Assembly (NCBI RefSeq): GCF_009914755.1
Contig: NC_060933.1
Length of the DNA stretch: 64,000 nucleotides
Source of the DNA: the human T2T-CHM13v2.0 reference genome, Homo sapiens
Strand: one strand, 5' to 3'
Position numbers and translations under genes: made by a program. The notes beneath the pieces were generated by a model, which was given only the letters and a program-made list of their open reading frames with translations, was not told the origin of the DNA and ran no database searches. Position 1 is the first letter of the stretch; every line of letters starts with the position of its first letter. Shown here one piece after another: positions 63,492-64,000 of the stretch.

Positions 63492-64000
63492 GTACAGTTT
63501 ACTGTTGCAGACTTTTGGACAAAGTTCTTTTCTTGGCTGTTATAAAAACTATATTTGGTTTTAAACAGAAACACTGGTTTTAGTACAAATCATCTTTGTC
63601 TACTTTCATTTTTCTTTATTATTTTCATGACTGAAAAGGAGCTTTGGAAATCACTGCATAAGGCTTGATTTATTTGCACAACTTTCTTTAGGGTTGCAGC
63701 TAGAACAAACCTGTGTGCTTTGAAATGTTACCTTCTGCTCTCTGTTCCCAAGTACAGAGAAATAATGTTGCAAATCTCACTTCTGCTGAACATTATGCTT
63801 CCTGATGCATTTAGCAGACACTAAACATTTGTTGTACTCTAAACAAAGTTACAAAGGACTAGAAGAATTCTTGTTCTGTATTTAGAAACCCACTCACATT
63901 ACTTGATATTTGGGTATTTAAGTCATGAAAGGTATTTCTTCTAGGAAGCAGTGATTCTAAAGTGTATGCTTAACCAGTCAGTTGAGTGTCTACTCTTGTG

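Overview
Human (primate) genomic DNA containing the promoter and coding exons 1-13 (about 317 of roughly 395 codons; the last exons lie beyond the window) of a ZNG1/CBWD gene on the + strand. ZNG1 is the COG0523/G3E-family zinc-regulated GTPase metallochaperone. Residues V8, S78, D132, I199, L220 and D280 fit my recollection of the chr9 pericentromeric duplicates (ZNG1C/E/F = CBWD3/5/6) rather than ZNG1A/B, but the exact paralog is not resolved. The introns are repeat-dense: many Alus, a full-length but inactivated antisense L1PA2/3 with 14-bp TSDs, a sense L1PB1, Tigger1 and other DNA-transposon, LTR, MIR and L2 relics, and a tailless U2 snRNA retrocopy. Main observations: (1) the exon 5 acceptor reads AC instead of AG, with an in-frame rescue CAG 6 nt downstream; (2) the antisense L1 5'UTR has a perfect CAG|GTAAGT donor that would define an in-frame 198-nt exon, and an intact ORF0 whose second donor is in phase with exon 11; (3) a poison-exon/intronic-polyA module lies in intron 9; (4) a dense TGACA (TALE-homeodomain) motif cluster lies in intron 6. 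Repeat boundaries and subfamily names are by eye and approximate. No prokaryotic-type system (CRISPR etc.) is present.
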